Assembly (NCBI GenBank): GCA_964421125.1
Contig: CAYQVD010000004.1
Span: 930 to 64,929, forward strand
DNA: 64,000 nucleotides
Source: an uncultured Bdellovibrionales bacterium
GTDB taxonomy: Bacteria > Patescibacteriota > Minisyncoccia > Moranbacterales > DUUL01
Reading direction: 5' to 3'
The position numbers and the translations under genes were made by a program. Positions 8,773 to 17,865 of this stretch are shown piece after piece; position 1 is the first letter of the stretch; each line of letters starts with the position of its first letter. The notes beneath the pieces were generated by a model. The model did not search any database, was not told the DNA's origin, and worked only from the letters and a program-made list of their open reading frames with translations.

Positions 8773-9153
8773 ATGAAAAAAAGAAATGAGTTATTAAAAT
8801 CCTTGGATAAAATTAATGGTGGAAGCGACTGGAAAGACATGCAATTTGAATTCTACTGCTTTTGGTCTAATAACCATACGTCCTCGGTCCCTCCTGGACA
8901 CATAGACACAAAAGAAGAAAATTTATTGAGAAATTTTGGTTTTGACCTAAATGCTCGTTTTATCTTCCATGTCAATTATGTAAGTTATGGTAGCATGGGA
9001 CATGAAAATTACACAGTTGCTCATATTGTCAGAAACGCGATTCTTGATCCAGAATATGACATGGAACAATTCCGAGAAGAATACACCAAAGGGAGTGATG
9101 GTTATACTTATTGTTCTACCTTCTCCATAACCATAAATCCTAAAACTTCTTAA
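8773..9153 (+). CDS. Hypothetical protein (126 aa)
   Basis: Strong RBS GGAGAGGG and the conserved leader; no recognisable domain. Confidence 0.5.
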   Translation: MKKRNELLKSLDKINGGSDWKDMQFEFYCFWSNNHTSSVPPGHIDTKEENLLRNFGFDLNARFIFHVNYVSYGSMGHENYTVAHIVRNAILDPEYDMEQFREEYTKGSDGYTYCSTFSITINPKTS

Positions 9154-9220
9154 TTTCTTATTACCAAAATCTTATCAAAAACCTACTAAAAACCTCTTTT
9201 ATTATCATGATTTCATTTTT

Positions 9221-9300
9221 TCTTAAGTTATCCACAAGGATTTAACCCTTTAAGTAAAGCTTTTTATGATAAACTTTTTCTATCCACAGATTGCTAACAG
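9221..9300 (+). promoter_or_regulatory. DnaA-box module copy 2: TTATCCACA ... CTATCCACAGATTGCTAAC
   Basis: Near-duplicate of 7441-7516 with the same box spacing and the shared CCTTTAA.TAAAG core. Confidence 0.55.
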
Positions 9301-9410
9301 AAACTATACAACTAAATACCTTTTTGTGCCCCCAGCAGAAATCCCTTATTCCCTGTCTGCCATTATTCAAATCTTAAACACAACTAAAATAAAGAAACTC
9401 CTCTAAAATG

Positions 9411-9482
9411 TGTCCTTGCCAGGAGTCGAACCTGAATCTAAAGTTTAGGAAACTCTTATTCTATCCATTGAACTACAAGGAC
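9411..9482 (-). tRNA. tRNA-Arg (anticodon CCT)
   Basis: The reverse complement GTCCTTGTAGTTCAATGGATAGAAT...UUCCUAA loop...GGTTCGACTCCTGGCAAGGACA folds as a cloverleaf. Confidence 0.75.
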
Positions 9483-9488
9483 TTGTTG

Positions 9489-9561
9489 TGGAGATAAGGA
9501 GATTTGAACTCCTGCCCTTTTCCGTGCCACGGAAACGCTCTACCAACTGAGCTATATCCCC
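9489..9561 (-). tRNA. tRNA-Ala (anticodon GGC) with the G3:U70 identity pair
   Basis: The reverse complement GGGGATATAGCTCAGTTGGTAGAGC...GUGGCAC loop...AGGAGTTCAAATCTCCTTATCTCCA folds as a cloverleaf. Acceptor position 3:70 is G:U. Confidence 0.75.
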
Positions 9562-9650
9562 AAATATTTATATAAAACAACAAACAAATTTCTAATTAAT
9601 CAAATCTCATTCTCCTTTGACGAAAATCAAATTACTAAAGTGTTAAAGGT

Positions 9651-10340
9651 TTAATTGAAACTAAAATTAATTAATATTTTATTTACAATATTAATATCCC
9701 AAAAAACATCAGAGGAAAAATAATCAATTCTACAAACCCCTTTGTAATCTTTCTTTTTTGATGGTTTTCCAATTGTGCGGGGATCAATTTGAACCTTGTA
9801 AAATTGTTCAAAAGAAATCTGGGTTATCTCTTGCCAAAATTTTTCTAACCCTAAGACATCTTGATTAAATCTACATTGTAATGTACACCTAAATTTTGAT
9901 TCGTCAATCTTATAACAATATCTTAAAAGTTTCAAGAATAATTTAATAATGTCTGGATTTGAATTTCCAAAAACCAATGCCCCATTCTCTCTTTTTCCTC
10001 CCTCACCTAAATATAAAACCGCTAAAGCAATTTTAGCAACATCAAAGTCTTTTATTTTAATATCTACTTGCTTATTTTTAAAGAAAAGTGAGTTTAAATA
10101 ATCCTGTTTCTTTTTTCTTTTTGAAATAATTGATTTTTTTCTAGCCTTCTTTAAATTCTTATTTACAATTAATCTTACTTTTTCCTTATAAAAAACAGGT
10201 AACACTAAGCCTTTGCACCAAGTTGACATCGTGCTTTTTGGTATCTCAATCCCAATACTTTTTTTTATTTCTGAATAAGTTAATCCTTTTTTTCTGAAAC
10301 TTATTATCTTTTCTTTAATTTCTTTTGTGTATTTTTTCAT
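9651..10340 (-). CDS. HTH-containing protein with a LAGLIDADG-like motif (LAVLYLGEGG); possible free-standing homing-endonuclease-like or DNA-binding protein
   Basis: N-terminal KIISFRKKGLTYSEIKKSIGI is HTH-like; LAVLYLGEGGKRENG resembles a single LAGLIDADG motif with an acidic Glu. The gene lies directly beside the palindrome array. Confidence 0.4.
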   Translation of the reverse strand: MKKYTKEIKEKIISFRKKGLTYSEIKKSIGIEIPKSTMSTWCKGLVLPVFYKEKVRLIVNKNLKKARKKSIISKRKKKQDYLNSLFFKNKQVDIKIKDFDVAKIALAVLYLGEGGKRENGALVFGNSNPDIIKLFLKLLRYCYKIDESKFRCTLQCRFNQDVLGLEKFWQEITQISFEQFYKVQIDPRTIGKPSKKKDYKGVCRIDYFSSDVFWDINIVNKILINFSFN

Positions 10341-10496
10341 ATATTTATTTGTATTTATATTAATAATCGTACCATACAGTTATTACATGTGTCAACTTTT
10401 GTTCGAACTATTTTTATCACAAGCACCTTCATTGGTCAATTTATTATGCAATGTATATTGTATTATGTCAAGACCACTAATTTCCTCTCTTTAAAT

Positions 10497-11045
10497 TGTT
10501 TCACGTGAAACATTCTGAAATATAAAAATCCTCTTATTAAGGCCTTCAAAAATTAACAAATTTTTAAATTTTCCCTTTTTGTTTCACGTGAAACAATCTG
10601 AAATGTAAAAGCCTTAATAATAGGGGTTTTATAAATTAACAAACTTTTGAAACGCATGAAAATGTTTCACGTGAAACATTCTGAAATGGAAAAGCCTTAA
10701 TAATAGGGTATTGTAAATTAATAAACTTTTAAAGTATCCCTTTTTGTTTCACGTGAAACATTTCTTAGTTTTTAATTGCTGTTTTTTAATCTAAATTGTT
10801 TCACGTGAAACATTTTATAACGTTAAACATAAATAAAGATCCTTTCTTAAATGATCCTTTTTGTTTCACGTGAAACATTCTGAAAAAACCAAATAAAACC
10901 AACTAGCTATAAAGACCATGAGATAAGCATATCCAAAAGTTATCAAATTTTAAAAGGATTATAATTGTTTCACGTGAAACATTTTAATAATAACCTACTT
11001 GACAATTTCACCTCCCTTAAATGCTATAATGTTTCACGTGAAACA
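10497..11045. repeat. Array of 8 copies of the perfect 16-bp palindrome TGTTTCACGTGAAACA (at 10497, 10580, 10663, 10745, 10797, 10862, 10966, 11030); the first four sit in ~83-bp tandem units
   Basis: Every copy is identical. Flanking sequence is partly conserved between units: CCTTTTTGTTTCACGTGAAACATTCTGAAAT.GAAAAGCCTTAATAATAGGG..TAAATTAACAAAC. Confidence 0.9.
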
Positions 11046-11214
11046 TTTTGACTATATTAATATCTCTACCCCTTGACATAATTATATATTCGTGTTTTAA
11101 ATAATTTATTAGTCCTTTTCTACGTAATTTTACAAAGTCCCCCAATATTAACAAATGTATGCATTTGCTTAAAAAATAACTCTGTAGTTTCAGCCTATGG
11201 TTGATCACCCGAAA

Positions 11215-11260
11215 ACAAAAGTTATCCACACCCTCCACAGGATATCCACAAGTTCTGAAC
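11215..11260 (+). promoter_or_regulatory. DnaA boxes upstream of dnaA (GTTATCCACAC, GATATCCACAAG), probably within the dnaA promoter region
   Basis: Matches to TTATCCACA about 100 bp before the dnaA start. Confidence 0.6.
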
Positions 11261-11351
11261 ACTTACCTTGTTGCTTAGTTGTAGATAATAATATAAGATA
11301 TATAAATCAATTACTTAGGGGGTAATTTTTTTATTGTAAATACAAAAAGTT

Positions 11352-12761
11352 ATGACCCATGACGAATTTTGGCAGGCAGTTCTTGGAGAAATAGAGCTTT
11401 CCTTGTCAAAAGCAAGTTTCACAACTTGGTTTAAAAATACTTCAGTTAATCAAATCGGCGACTCCGAGTTTGTTTTGAATGTTCCAAATATTTTTGCTAA
11501 AGAATGGTTAGAAAAAAAATATCGAAAAAATATTCTGGATTCTGTTCAAAAATTTTACCCCAAAGTAACAAAGTTTTCTTGTTTAATCTCTGATAGTCAG
11601 GATTCTTCTCGAAGCATTGACTCTATTGTAAACTTAAAAACAAATCAGTCTCAACAACAAACAAATGCTTCTTCACAGCCACAACGAAATAAACTTAACA
11701 AACCTTCTTCAAAGCCTTTTGGAGGATTTTCTGTTAATAGTAACCTTAACAATCGATATGGCTTTAATTCTTTTGTAATTGGTTCCAATAATGAACTCGC
11801 TTATGCCGCTTGTCGATCAGTCGCGGAAAATCCAGGAAAAAATTATAATCCACTTTTTGTTTATGGGGGAGTAGGACTAGGAAAAACGCATCTTCTTCAA
11901 TCAACAGGGAGTGAGATTCTTCAAAATTTTCCTAATAAAAAAGTGAAGTATATTAGCATGGAAAGATTTGCTAATGAGCTTGTTACTGCAATTCAAACAT
12001 CAAAAGCTAAGAATTTTAAAAATGAATACATTCAACTCGACGTATTAATTATTGATGATGTTCAATTTCTTTCTAATAAAGAAAAGACTCAGGAAGAGTT
12101 TTTTCATGTATTCGAATCATTATATCAACTAGAAAAACAGATAATTATCAGTTCTGATCGACCACCAAAATCAATTCCAACCCTTGAAGATAGACTTCGT
12201 TCAAGATTTGAGGGAGGGATGATGGCTGATATTAGTAAGCCTGATTTAGAAACAAGAATGGCAATTATTAAAAAGAAATTGGCAGAAAAGAATTTCAAGC
12301 TAGACGAGGATATTATTATTTATTTAGCTGAAAATATCTATCATAACGTTCGAGAACTCGAAGGAGCTCTAAATAAAATAATTGTAACCTATCAACTAAA
12401 AAATTATCCTCCATCTCTTGAAAAAATAATGGGTCAAACAGAAGATGTTATATCAACTAATCGACAAAAAGATTTAAGCCCAGATAAAATTATCTGTTCT
12501 GTTGCAGAATTTTTTGATGTTAAAAAAGAAGAAATAATAGGTCGTTGCAGAAAAAAGAAAATTATTAAACCAAGACAACTTGCAATATACCTATTAAGGA
12601 CTGAATTAAACCTTTCTTTTCCTGAAATAGGGAAGGCAGTTGGTGGTCGAGATCACTCAACTGCTATTTATGCTTGTGGAAAAATTGAAAAAGAATTGGA
12701 GGGTAATAAAATTATGGAAGATCATTTAAAATTTATTAAGGAAAAATTTGTAGATTTTTAA
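11352..12761 (+). CDS. dnaA: Chromosomal replication initiator protein DnaA
   Basis: N-terminus WQAVLGEIELSLSKASFTTWFKNT, Walker A GGVGLGKTHLLQ, and the C-terminal DNA-binding region KPRQLAIYLLRTELNLSFPEIGKAVGGRDHSTAIYA. Confidence 0.95.
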   Translation: MTHDEFWQAVLGEIELSLSKASFTTWFKNTSVNQIGDSEFVLNVPNIFAKEWLEKKYRKNILDSVQKFYPKVTKFSCLISDSQDSSRSIDSIVNLKTNQSQQQTNASSQPQRNKLNKPSSKPFGGFSVNSNLNNRYGFNSFVIGSNNELAYAACRSVAENPGKNYNPLFVYGGVGLGKTHLLQSTGSEILQNFPNKKVKYISMERFANELVTAIQTSKAKNFKNEYIQLDVLIIDDVQFLSNKEKTQEEFFHVFESLYQLEKQIIISSDRPPKSIPTLEDRLRSRFEGGMMADISKPDLETRMAIIKKKLAEKNFKLDEDIIIYLAENIYHNVRELEGALNKIIVTYQLKNYPPSLEKIMGQTEDVISTNRQKDLSPDKIICSVAEFFDVKKEEIIGRCRKKKIIKPRQLAIYLLRTELNLSFPEIGKAVGGRDHSTAIYACGKIEKELEGNKIMEDHLKFIKEKFVDF

Positions 12762-12936
12762 TTTTTACGAAATACGAATTATTATTGCGATTTTAGAGAA
12801 TTATCAACAAGAGGACGTCTTAGTGGTTATACTAGAAGTTTTACTTAAATAGATGCCAGGAGGAATGGGGTTTATTTTAAATAAAATATAACTTAATTAA
12901 TAAATAACTTTAACAAATTAATTAATATAAAAATTT

Positions 12937-13521
12937 ATGAACAAAGAAACACCACAACAAGAAACTATTAAAGGTCAAAAAGAAGTCTCAATAGAAAACC
13001 AGGAAAAGATAGATTTAAAATGGAATATAGTAAATAACCCTAACTCTACTGAGGAATATCTTGAAGACATCACTGATTCTAATAAACAACTTGAACGGTA
13101 CCAAGAAAGAGGGAACGGATTTAGACATCTCAGTATTTTTAAAGAAAATATTAATCAGGGAGAAATGATAAAGGAAGTGCTTAATGAAAATGGTGATAAG
13201 GATAAGTTTAATGAGGTTGATGAAAATTTACAAAATTATAAAGAAAAACTAAAAGAGACAGTTGATATAATTGCAAAAAAATGGGAAGACGATTTAAATA
13301 TGGGGCGATTAATGATTTTAGAAGAATTATATACAACTTTAGAGGATAATAAAGAAGCACAAAAATTTAAAGAAATGTTTGAAGAAAAAAGGAGACCAAA
13401 GGATTTAGTTAAAAATGAGGATGTGGTAGATAAAAAACCAAAACTGATTGATTATTCAGCCCAAGAACAAGAGGATAAACAGCAGACAGAAGAAATAAAA
13501 AAGAAGATAGATGAATTATAA
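12937..13521 (+). CDS. Acidic, Lys/Glu-rich hypothetical protein inserted between dnaA and dnaN
   Basis: 194 aa, low complexity, predicted coiled coil. Confidence 0.5.
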   Translation: MNKETPQQETIKGQKEVSIENQEKIDLKWNIVNNPNSTEEYLEDITDSNKQLERYQERGNGFRHLSIFKENINQGEMIKEVLNENGDKDKFNEVDENLQNYKEKLKETVDIIAKKWEDDLNMGRLMILEELYTTLEDNKEAQKFKEMFEEKRRPKDLVKNEDVVDKKPKLIDYSAQEQEDKQQTEEIKKKIDEL

Positions 13522-13589
13522 CTTATTAAATTTATAATTTAATATCCTGTTAACAACCTGTGAATTAGATGTTAAGGATGTTAATTAAA

Positions 13590-13796
13590 ATGTTAATAAG
13601 TTATCCAAAAACTACTCTACTTTACTATTAATAAGTTATCAACATTAATATTTAATACTTTTAAACTTTTTTATCCCCAAGTTTTAATGCTAATTATATT
13701 TATAAATAAAGGATTTTTATAACTTATTAACATAAAAGTTTATAGTAGTAATAATAGTATTTAATAATATATATAATTTATATAACTATACACACC
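13590..13796 (+). promoter_or_regulatory. Putative oriC core: DnaA-box-like sites (TTATCCAAA, TTATCAACA, TTATCCCCA) followed by an extremely AT-rich unwinding element just upstream of dnaN
   Basis: The boxes lie at about 13597, 13627 and 13671. Positions 13680-13795 are more than 85% A+T, and the region sits in the canonical dnaA-dnaN position. Confidence 0.55.
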
Positions 13797-14945
13797 ATGA
13801 AATTTACTTGTAAAACAAATAATTTAAAAGAAGCAGTTAGTAAAGTTGAAAGAATTGTTTCTAAACAAACAACCTTACCAATTTTAGCTAATATTTTAAT
13901 TAAAACAGAAAAAGGAAGGTTGTTAATTGGAGCAACTAATCTTGAAATAGCAATTCGTTCTTATGTGGGAGCTAAAATTGAAAAAGAAGGAGAAATAACT
14001 ATTCCAGCTAGAATATTAAGTGGTTTTTTAACTAGCATTAGAGATGATACTGTAAAATGTGAGTTAAGTGGAACAGAATTAAAGGTTAATTCTGAAAATC
14101 ATAAAATTAAAATAAAGGGGATGGAAGCAAAGGATTTTCCAATTATTCCTCAAGTGCCAAGTGAGTATTTTATTAAAATAAATTCTAATAATTTTAATAA
14201 AGCAATTCCAGGATTATTAGTTTCAGTTGCTCATAATGATACTAGACAGGAATTAAATGGGATATTAATTAAGTTTTCGTTGAAGGAAATTGTTTTTGCT
14301 TCAACAGATAGTTTTCGATTAACTGAAACTAAAATTGAATTACCAGAAGAGGCAATAGGTGAGGATTATGAGGTTTTTATAAATAATACACCGTCAATTA
14401 TTATTCCTTATTTAACTCTTTCTGAATTACAGAGAATTATTGAAGATGGTGAGTTTGAATTAATAATTAGTCAAAATCAATTATTTATTAAAAATGATTC
14501 AGTTAATTTAATTTCAAGGCTAATTAATGGAAGTTATCCAGAATATAATCAGGTTTTACCAGAAAAATATGAAATAGAAGCTAGGATTAATAAAAGCGAA
14601 TTTTTAAATGCTCTTAAAATTGCTTCGTTAGTAGCATCGGTTAATAATGGTGAAGTTAAAATTAGTAATTCTAAGAATAATAAATTTTTAAAAATATCCG
14701 CTGAGTCAGTTGATTCAGGAGAAAATATTTCTAAAATTGAGGCTGAGATAAGTGGTCCAGAATTTGAAGTTATATTTAATTGTCGTTATTTATTAGAAGG
14801 ATTGAATATAGTTGAATCAGATGTTGATAATATTTTATTGAAGTTAAATCCTAGTAAATCACCAGTTATGATTAGAGGATTGAAATCTGAAAAAGAGGAA
14901 GATGAAAAATTTTCTTATGTGATTATGCCTATAATTAAAGGATAA
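13797..14945 (+). CDS. dnaN: DNA polymerase III beta sliding clamp
   Basis: 382 aa; the opening MKFTCKTNNLKEAVSKVERIVSKQTTLPILANILIKTEKGRLLIGATNLEIAIRSYV is typical of DnaN. Confidence 0.9.
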   Translation: MKFTCKTNNLKEAVSKVERIVSKQTTLPILANILIKTEKGRLLIGATNLEIAIRSYVGAKIEKEGEITIPARILSGFLTSIRDDTVKCELSGTELKVNSENHKIKIKGMEAKDFPIIPQVPSEYFIKINSNNFNKAIPGLLVSVAHNDTRQELNGILIKFSLKEIVFASTDSFRLTETKIELPEEAIGEDYEVFINNTPSIIIPYLTLSELQRIIEDGEFELIISQNQLFIKNDSVNLISRLINGSYPEYNQVLPEKYEIEARINKSEFLNALKIASLVASVNNGEVKISNSKNNKFLKISAESVDSGENISKIEAEISGPEFEVIFNCRYLLEGLNIVESDVDNILLKLNPSKSPVMIRGLKSEKEEDEKFSYVIMPIIKG

Positions 14946-14951
14946 TTTATA

Positions 14952-15257
14952 ATGTGGCAAACATTTCAAGGGGCATTAGAGCGAAAAGTTAAATTAACAG
15001 GGAGGGGTATTGGGAAAAAGAAACAGAGAATTGATAAATATGTTATTGAAAAGGCTTTTCGAGAAGTTTTATTAGAGCAATTTGGTGAAATTGGTTTAAG
15101 TTCTGTTAATTTAGAGATTAAAGATCAAAATAATGTGAGAGCGAAGTGCAGAAGTTCTGTTTGGAAAAGCGAATTGAGAATGAAAAAAATGAGTTTAATG
15201 AAAATGATTAATGATAAAATAGGAGATAAAATTATTAAGAATATTATTATTGCCTAA
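14952..15257 (+). CDS. DUF721 / DciA-like small protein
   Basis: W near the N-terminus and ...SSVNLEIKDQNNVRAKCRSSVWKSELRMKKMSLMKMINDKIGDKIIKNII match the DUF721 pattern. It lies immediately after dnaN. Confidence 0.55.
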   Translation: MWQTFQGALERKVKLTGRGIGKKKQRIDKYVIEKAFREVLLEQFGEIGLSSVNLEIKDQNNVRAKCRSSVWKSELRMKKMSLMKMINDKIGDKIIKNIIIA

Positions 15258-15261
15258 AGTA

Positions 15262-16887
15262 ATGTTAGATAAAGTTAAGAAAACGATAAGTTTTTTAGAG
15301 AATAGTCTTAAGGGGGGATTAACACTTTGGATAGTCTCCTTTTTTAGTGTTATTATTGCAAGACTTATTATTGAAGGATTCCTTTTTGGATTTAAAAATC
15401 AAACTTTTGAAGAGTTTGTAATTTGTTTTTTGCATACTTTTTTGTTTTTTCTTTTAACTTATTTAGTTTTTTTAATTTATATTCATTTTACAATAGGGAA
15501 TGATTTTAAAAAAACTGCTAGTATTTTATTGTGGGGTTTTTGGATAATAATATTTCCTCCTATAATTGATAAAATATATTTTAAAGATAGAATGTTTTTC
15601 GATTTTTATCTTTTTGATGGAGTTAGGGGTCTTTTTGAAAAATTTATTTCATTTTTTGGTGATAATATATCAATAGGGATAACTCTTGGACCTCGAATCC
15701 AAGTAGTTTTAGTGCTTATTCTTCTAGGTTTTTATTTTTTTTACTATAAAAGAAGTTGGTTTAAAACGGTATTTTTTGTTTTTGGAGCTTATTGTCTATT
15801 TTTCATTTTAGCTTCTATTCCGAGTATTATTGTTTTAATTGGAACGATTTTTGGAGAAAAAAACGTTTTAGAAATCACTTATAATGAGGTTTCCGCAATG
15901 TTTTTATCTCCATTGAGATATTTTTCTCATGAAGGGGTTTCTTTTATTTCCTTCATGGGATATAAACTTTCATTTTTTTATATAATATTATTGTTTATTA
16001 TTATTAGTTTAATGCAGTATTTTATTAATAAGGAAAAATTTTTAGCAATTTTAAAAAATATTCGGTATCCTCAAATGATTTTTAACTTCGGATTATTTTT
16101 TATTGGAATGAGCTTGGGCGCTTTTTATTTTCCAGAGTATTTTAAATTGGGATTTTTCCCAATTTTAGCTGTTTTAAATTTATTAATAGCAATTTTATTT
16201 ATTTGGCTTTTCTCAGTAGTAGTAAATGATATTTTTGATTTAAATATTGATAAGATGACAAATCAGAAACGTCCCTTAGTTAAAGGAGTTTTTAGTGAAA
16301 AAGAATATTGGGAATTGGGATTTATTTTTCTTTTAATTGCATTTATTTCTTCGTTATTAATTGGATCTAAATTTTTTATTATCATAATTGTGTATACTAT
16401 TTTAACTTGGGTTTATTCATCTCCACCTTTTCGGTTAAAGAAATTTTTTCCAATTTCTCTTATTATTGCTTCTTTCTCTTCGTTACTTTTTTTAATAATG
16501 GGATATATTTTAATTTCTAAAGAACAATCACTAGTTGAATTTCCTTGGAGAATATTTTGGTTTTTATTTATCGCTTATTGTTTAATTATTCCAATTAAAG
16601 ATCTTAAGGATATTGAAAGTGATCGAAGATTTGGGATTAAAACATTACCAGTCTTATTTGGTGAAAAAAATACAAGATTTATTTTGGCAGTATTGGTATT
16701 TTTTTGTTATACATTTTCTATTTATGTGATTAGTGAAAAAGAGTTATTAATACCAGCAGTATTATTTGGAGGAATTAGTTTTTGGAAAATAGTTAATAAA
16801 AAAATACCTACCTCTTGTTTAAATTGGTGGCTTTTAGGCTTGGTTTCTGTGTATGGATTATTCATTATAAGTTTCATGTTTTTATAA
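15262..16887 (+). CDS. Polytopic membrane protein with a C-terminal UbiA-family prenyltransferase domain fused to an N-terminal ~300-aa membrane domain
   Basis: NDIFDLNIDKMTNQKRPLVKG matches the UbiA NDxxDxxxD motif. The ATG at 15262 is preferred over the upstream TTG at 15250. Confidence 0.6.
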   Translation: MLDKVKKTISFLENSLKGGLTLWIVSFFSVIIARLIIEGFLFGFKNQTFEEFVICFLHTFLFFLLTYLVFLIYIHFTIGNDFKKTASILLWGFWIIIFPPIIDKIYFKDRMFFDFYLFDGVRGLFEKFISFFGDNISIGITLGPRIQVVLVLILLGFYFFYYKRSWFKTVFFVFGAYCLFFILASIPSIIVLIGTIFGEKNVLEITYNEVSAMFLSPLRYFSHEGVSFISFMGYKLSFFYIILLFIIISLMQYFINKEKFLAILKNIRYPQMIFNFGLFFIGMSLGAFYFPEYFKLGFFPILAVLNLLIAILFIWLFSVVVNDIFDLNIDKMTNQKRPLVKGVFSEKEYWELGFIFLLIAFISSLLIGSKFFIIIIVYTILTWVYSSPPFRLKKFFPISLIIASFSSLLFLIMGYILISKEQSLVEFPWRIFWFLFIAYCLIIPIKDLKDIESDRRFGIKTLPVLFGEKNTRFILAVLVFFCYTFSIYVISEKELLIPAVLFGGISFWKIVNKKIPTSCLNWWLLGLVSVYGLFIISFMFL

Positions 16888-16902
16888 ATAATTTTAAAAT
16901 AA

Positions 16903-17742
16903 ATGAATATAAAAAAAATTATTGAATATTATAATCAATGTGAAATTGATTATTCTTTATTCTGGGGACTTAAAAAAAATCTTTCAATGCACATGGGGTA
17001 TTGGGATGATACTACTAAAAATTTATCTCAAGCATTGTTACGTGAAAATCAAATATTAGCAGAGATAGCAGAAATTAAAAAAAGTGATCTTGTTTTAGAT
17101 GCTGGTTGTGGGGTTGGTGGTGGAGTGATTTATCTTGCTGAAAAAGTTGGTTGTAATGTTGTAGGTATTTCAATAGTTGATAAACAAATAGAAAAAGCTC
17201 GATTAAATGCAATAAAAATTGGTGTTTTCGATAAAACAAATTTCAAAACTGTAGATTTTGTAAAGACTGGTCTTCCGGATAATTCATTTGATGTAGTTTG
17301 GGCAATTGAAAGTGTTTGTTACGCAAATGATAAAAAGGACTTTATTCAAGAGGCGTATAGAGTTTTAAAAAAGGGAGGAAGACTTGTAGTTGCCGATGCA
17401 TTTGCCCTTGACAATTTAACTGAAAAACAAAAAAAATATCTTTCGGAAACAGCAAGGGGATGGATGCTTGATGATTTTTGTAATAAAAATTATTTTCAAA
17501 AATCCTTACAGAAAATTGGATTTAGTAATATTTTATTTAAGGATATAACGAAAAATATCATGCCTTCTTCAAGAAGATTGTATATACTCTCTTTTCCTGG
17601 TATTATTTTTGGTAAAATATTAAATAAAATAAAATTTAGGAGTAAGATACAGATGGGGAACATTTGGGCTGCTCACTATCAATACAAGGCTCTTAAGGAA
17701 GGAAGTGGACAATATGGTATTTTTTATGCAATTAAAAAATAA
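16903..17742 (+). CDS. Class I SAM-dependent methyltransferase
   Basis: VLDAGCGVGGGVIYLA (motif I) and ...LKKGGRLVVAD. Confidence 0.75.
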   Translation: MNIKKIIEYYNQCEIDYSLFWGLKKNLSMHMGYWDDTTKNLSQALLRENQILAEIAEIKKSDLVLDAGCGVGGGVIYLAEKVGCNVVGISIVDKQIEKARLNAIKIGVFDKTNFKTVDFVKTGLPDNSFDVVWAIESVCYANDKKDFIQEAYRVLKKGGRLVVADAFALDNLTEKQKKYLSETARGWMLDDFCNKNYFQKSLQKIGFSNILFKDITKNIMPSSRRLYILSFPGIIFGKILNKIKFRSKIQMGNIWAAHYQYKALKEGSGQYGIFYAIKK

Positions 17743-17865
17743 TAAAAAAAGAATATAAGATTAGAATGTTGGAAGATGTTTATTTATAAAAAAAGAATAT
17801 TTTTTGTTTGCTAATATTACAAAAGTAATTTATAATATGAAAAGACTTGTATTATAGAAATATAA

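Noticed and set aside
10497-11045. Possible CRISPR array (regularly repeated short sequence)
   Set aside because: The repeat is a 16-bp perfect palindrome, too short for a CRISPR repeat. Spacing is irregular (52-104 bp). The 'spacers' are partly conserved between units, making these tandem duplications rather than unique spacers. No cas genes are nearby.
11017-11262. 81-aa ORF in the dnaA upstream region
   Set aside because: It lies across palindrome copy 8 and the DnaA boxes, has no RBS, and shows a low-complexity reading; it is probably non-coding origin or promoter DNA.
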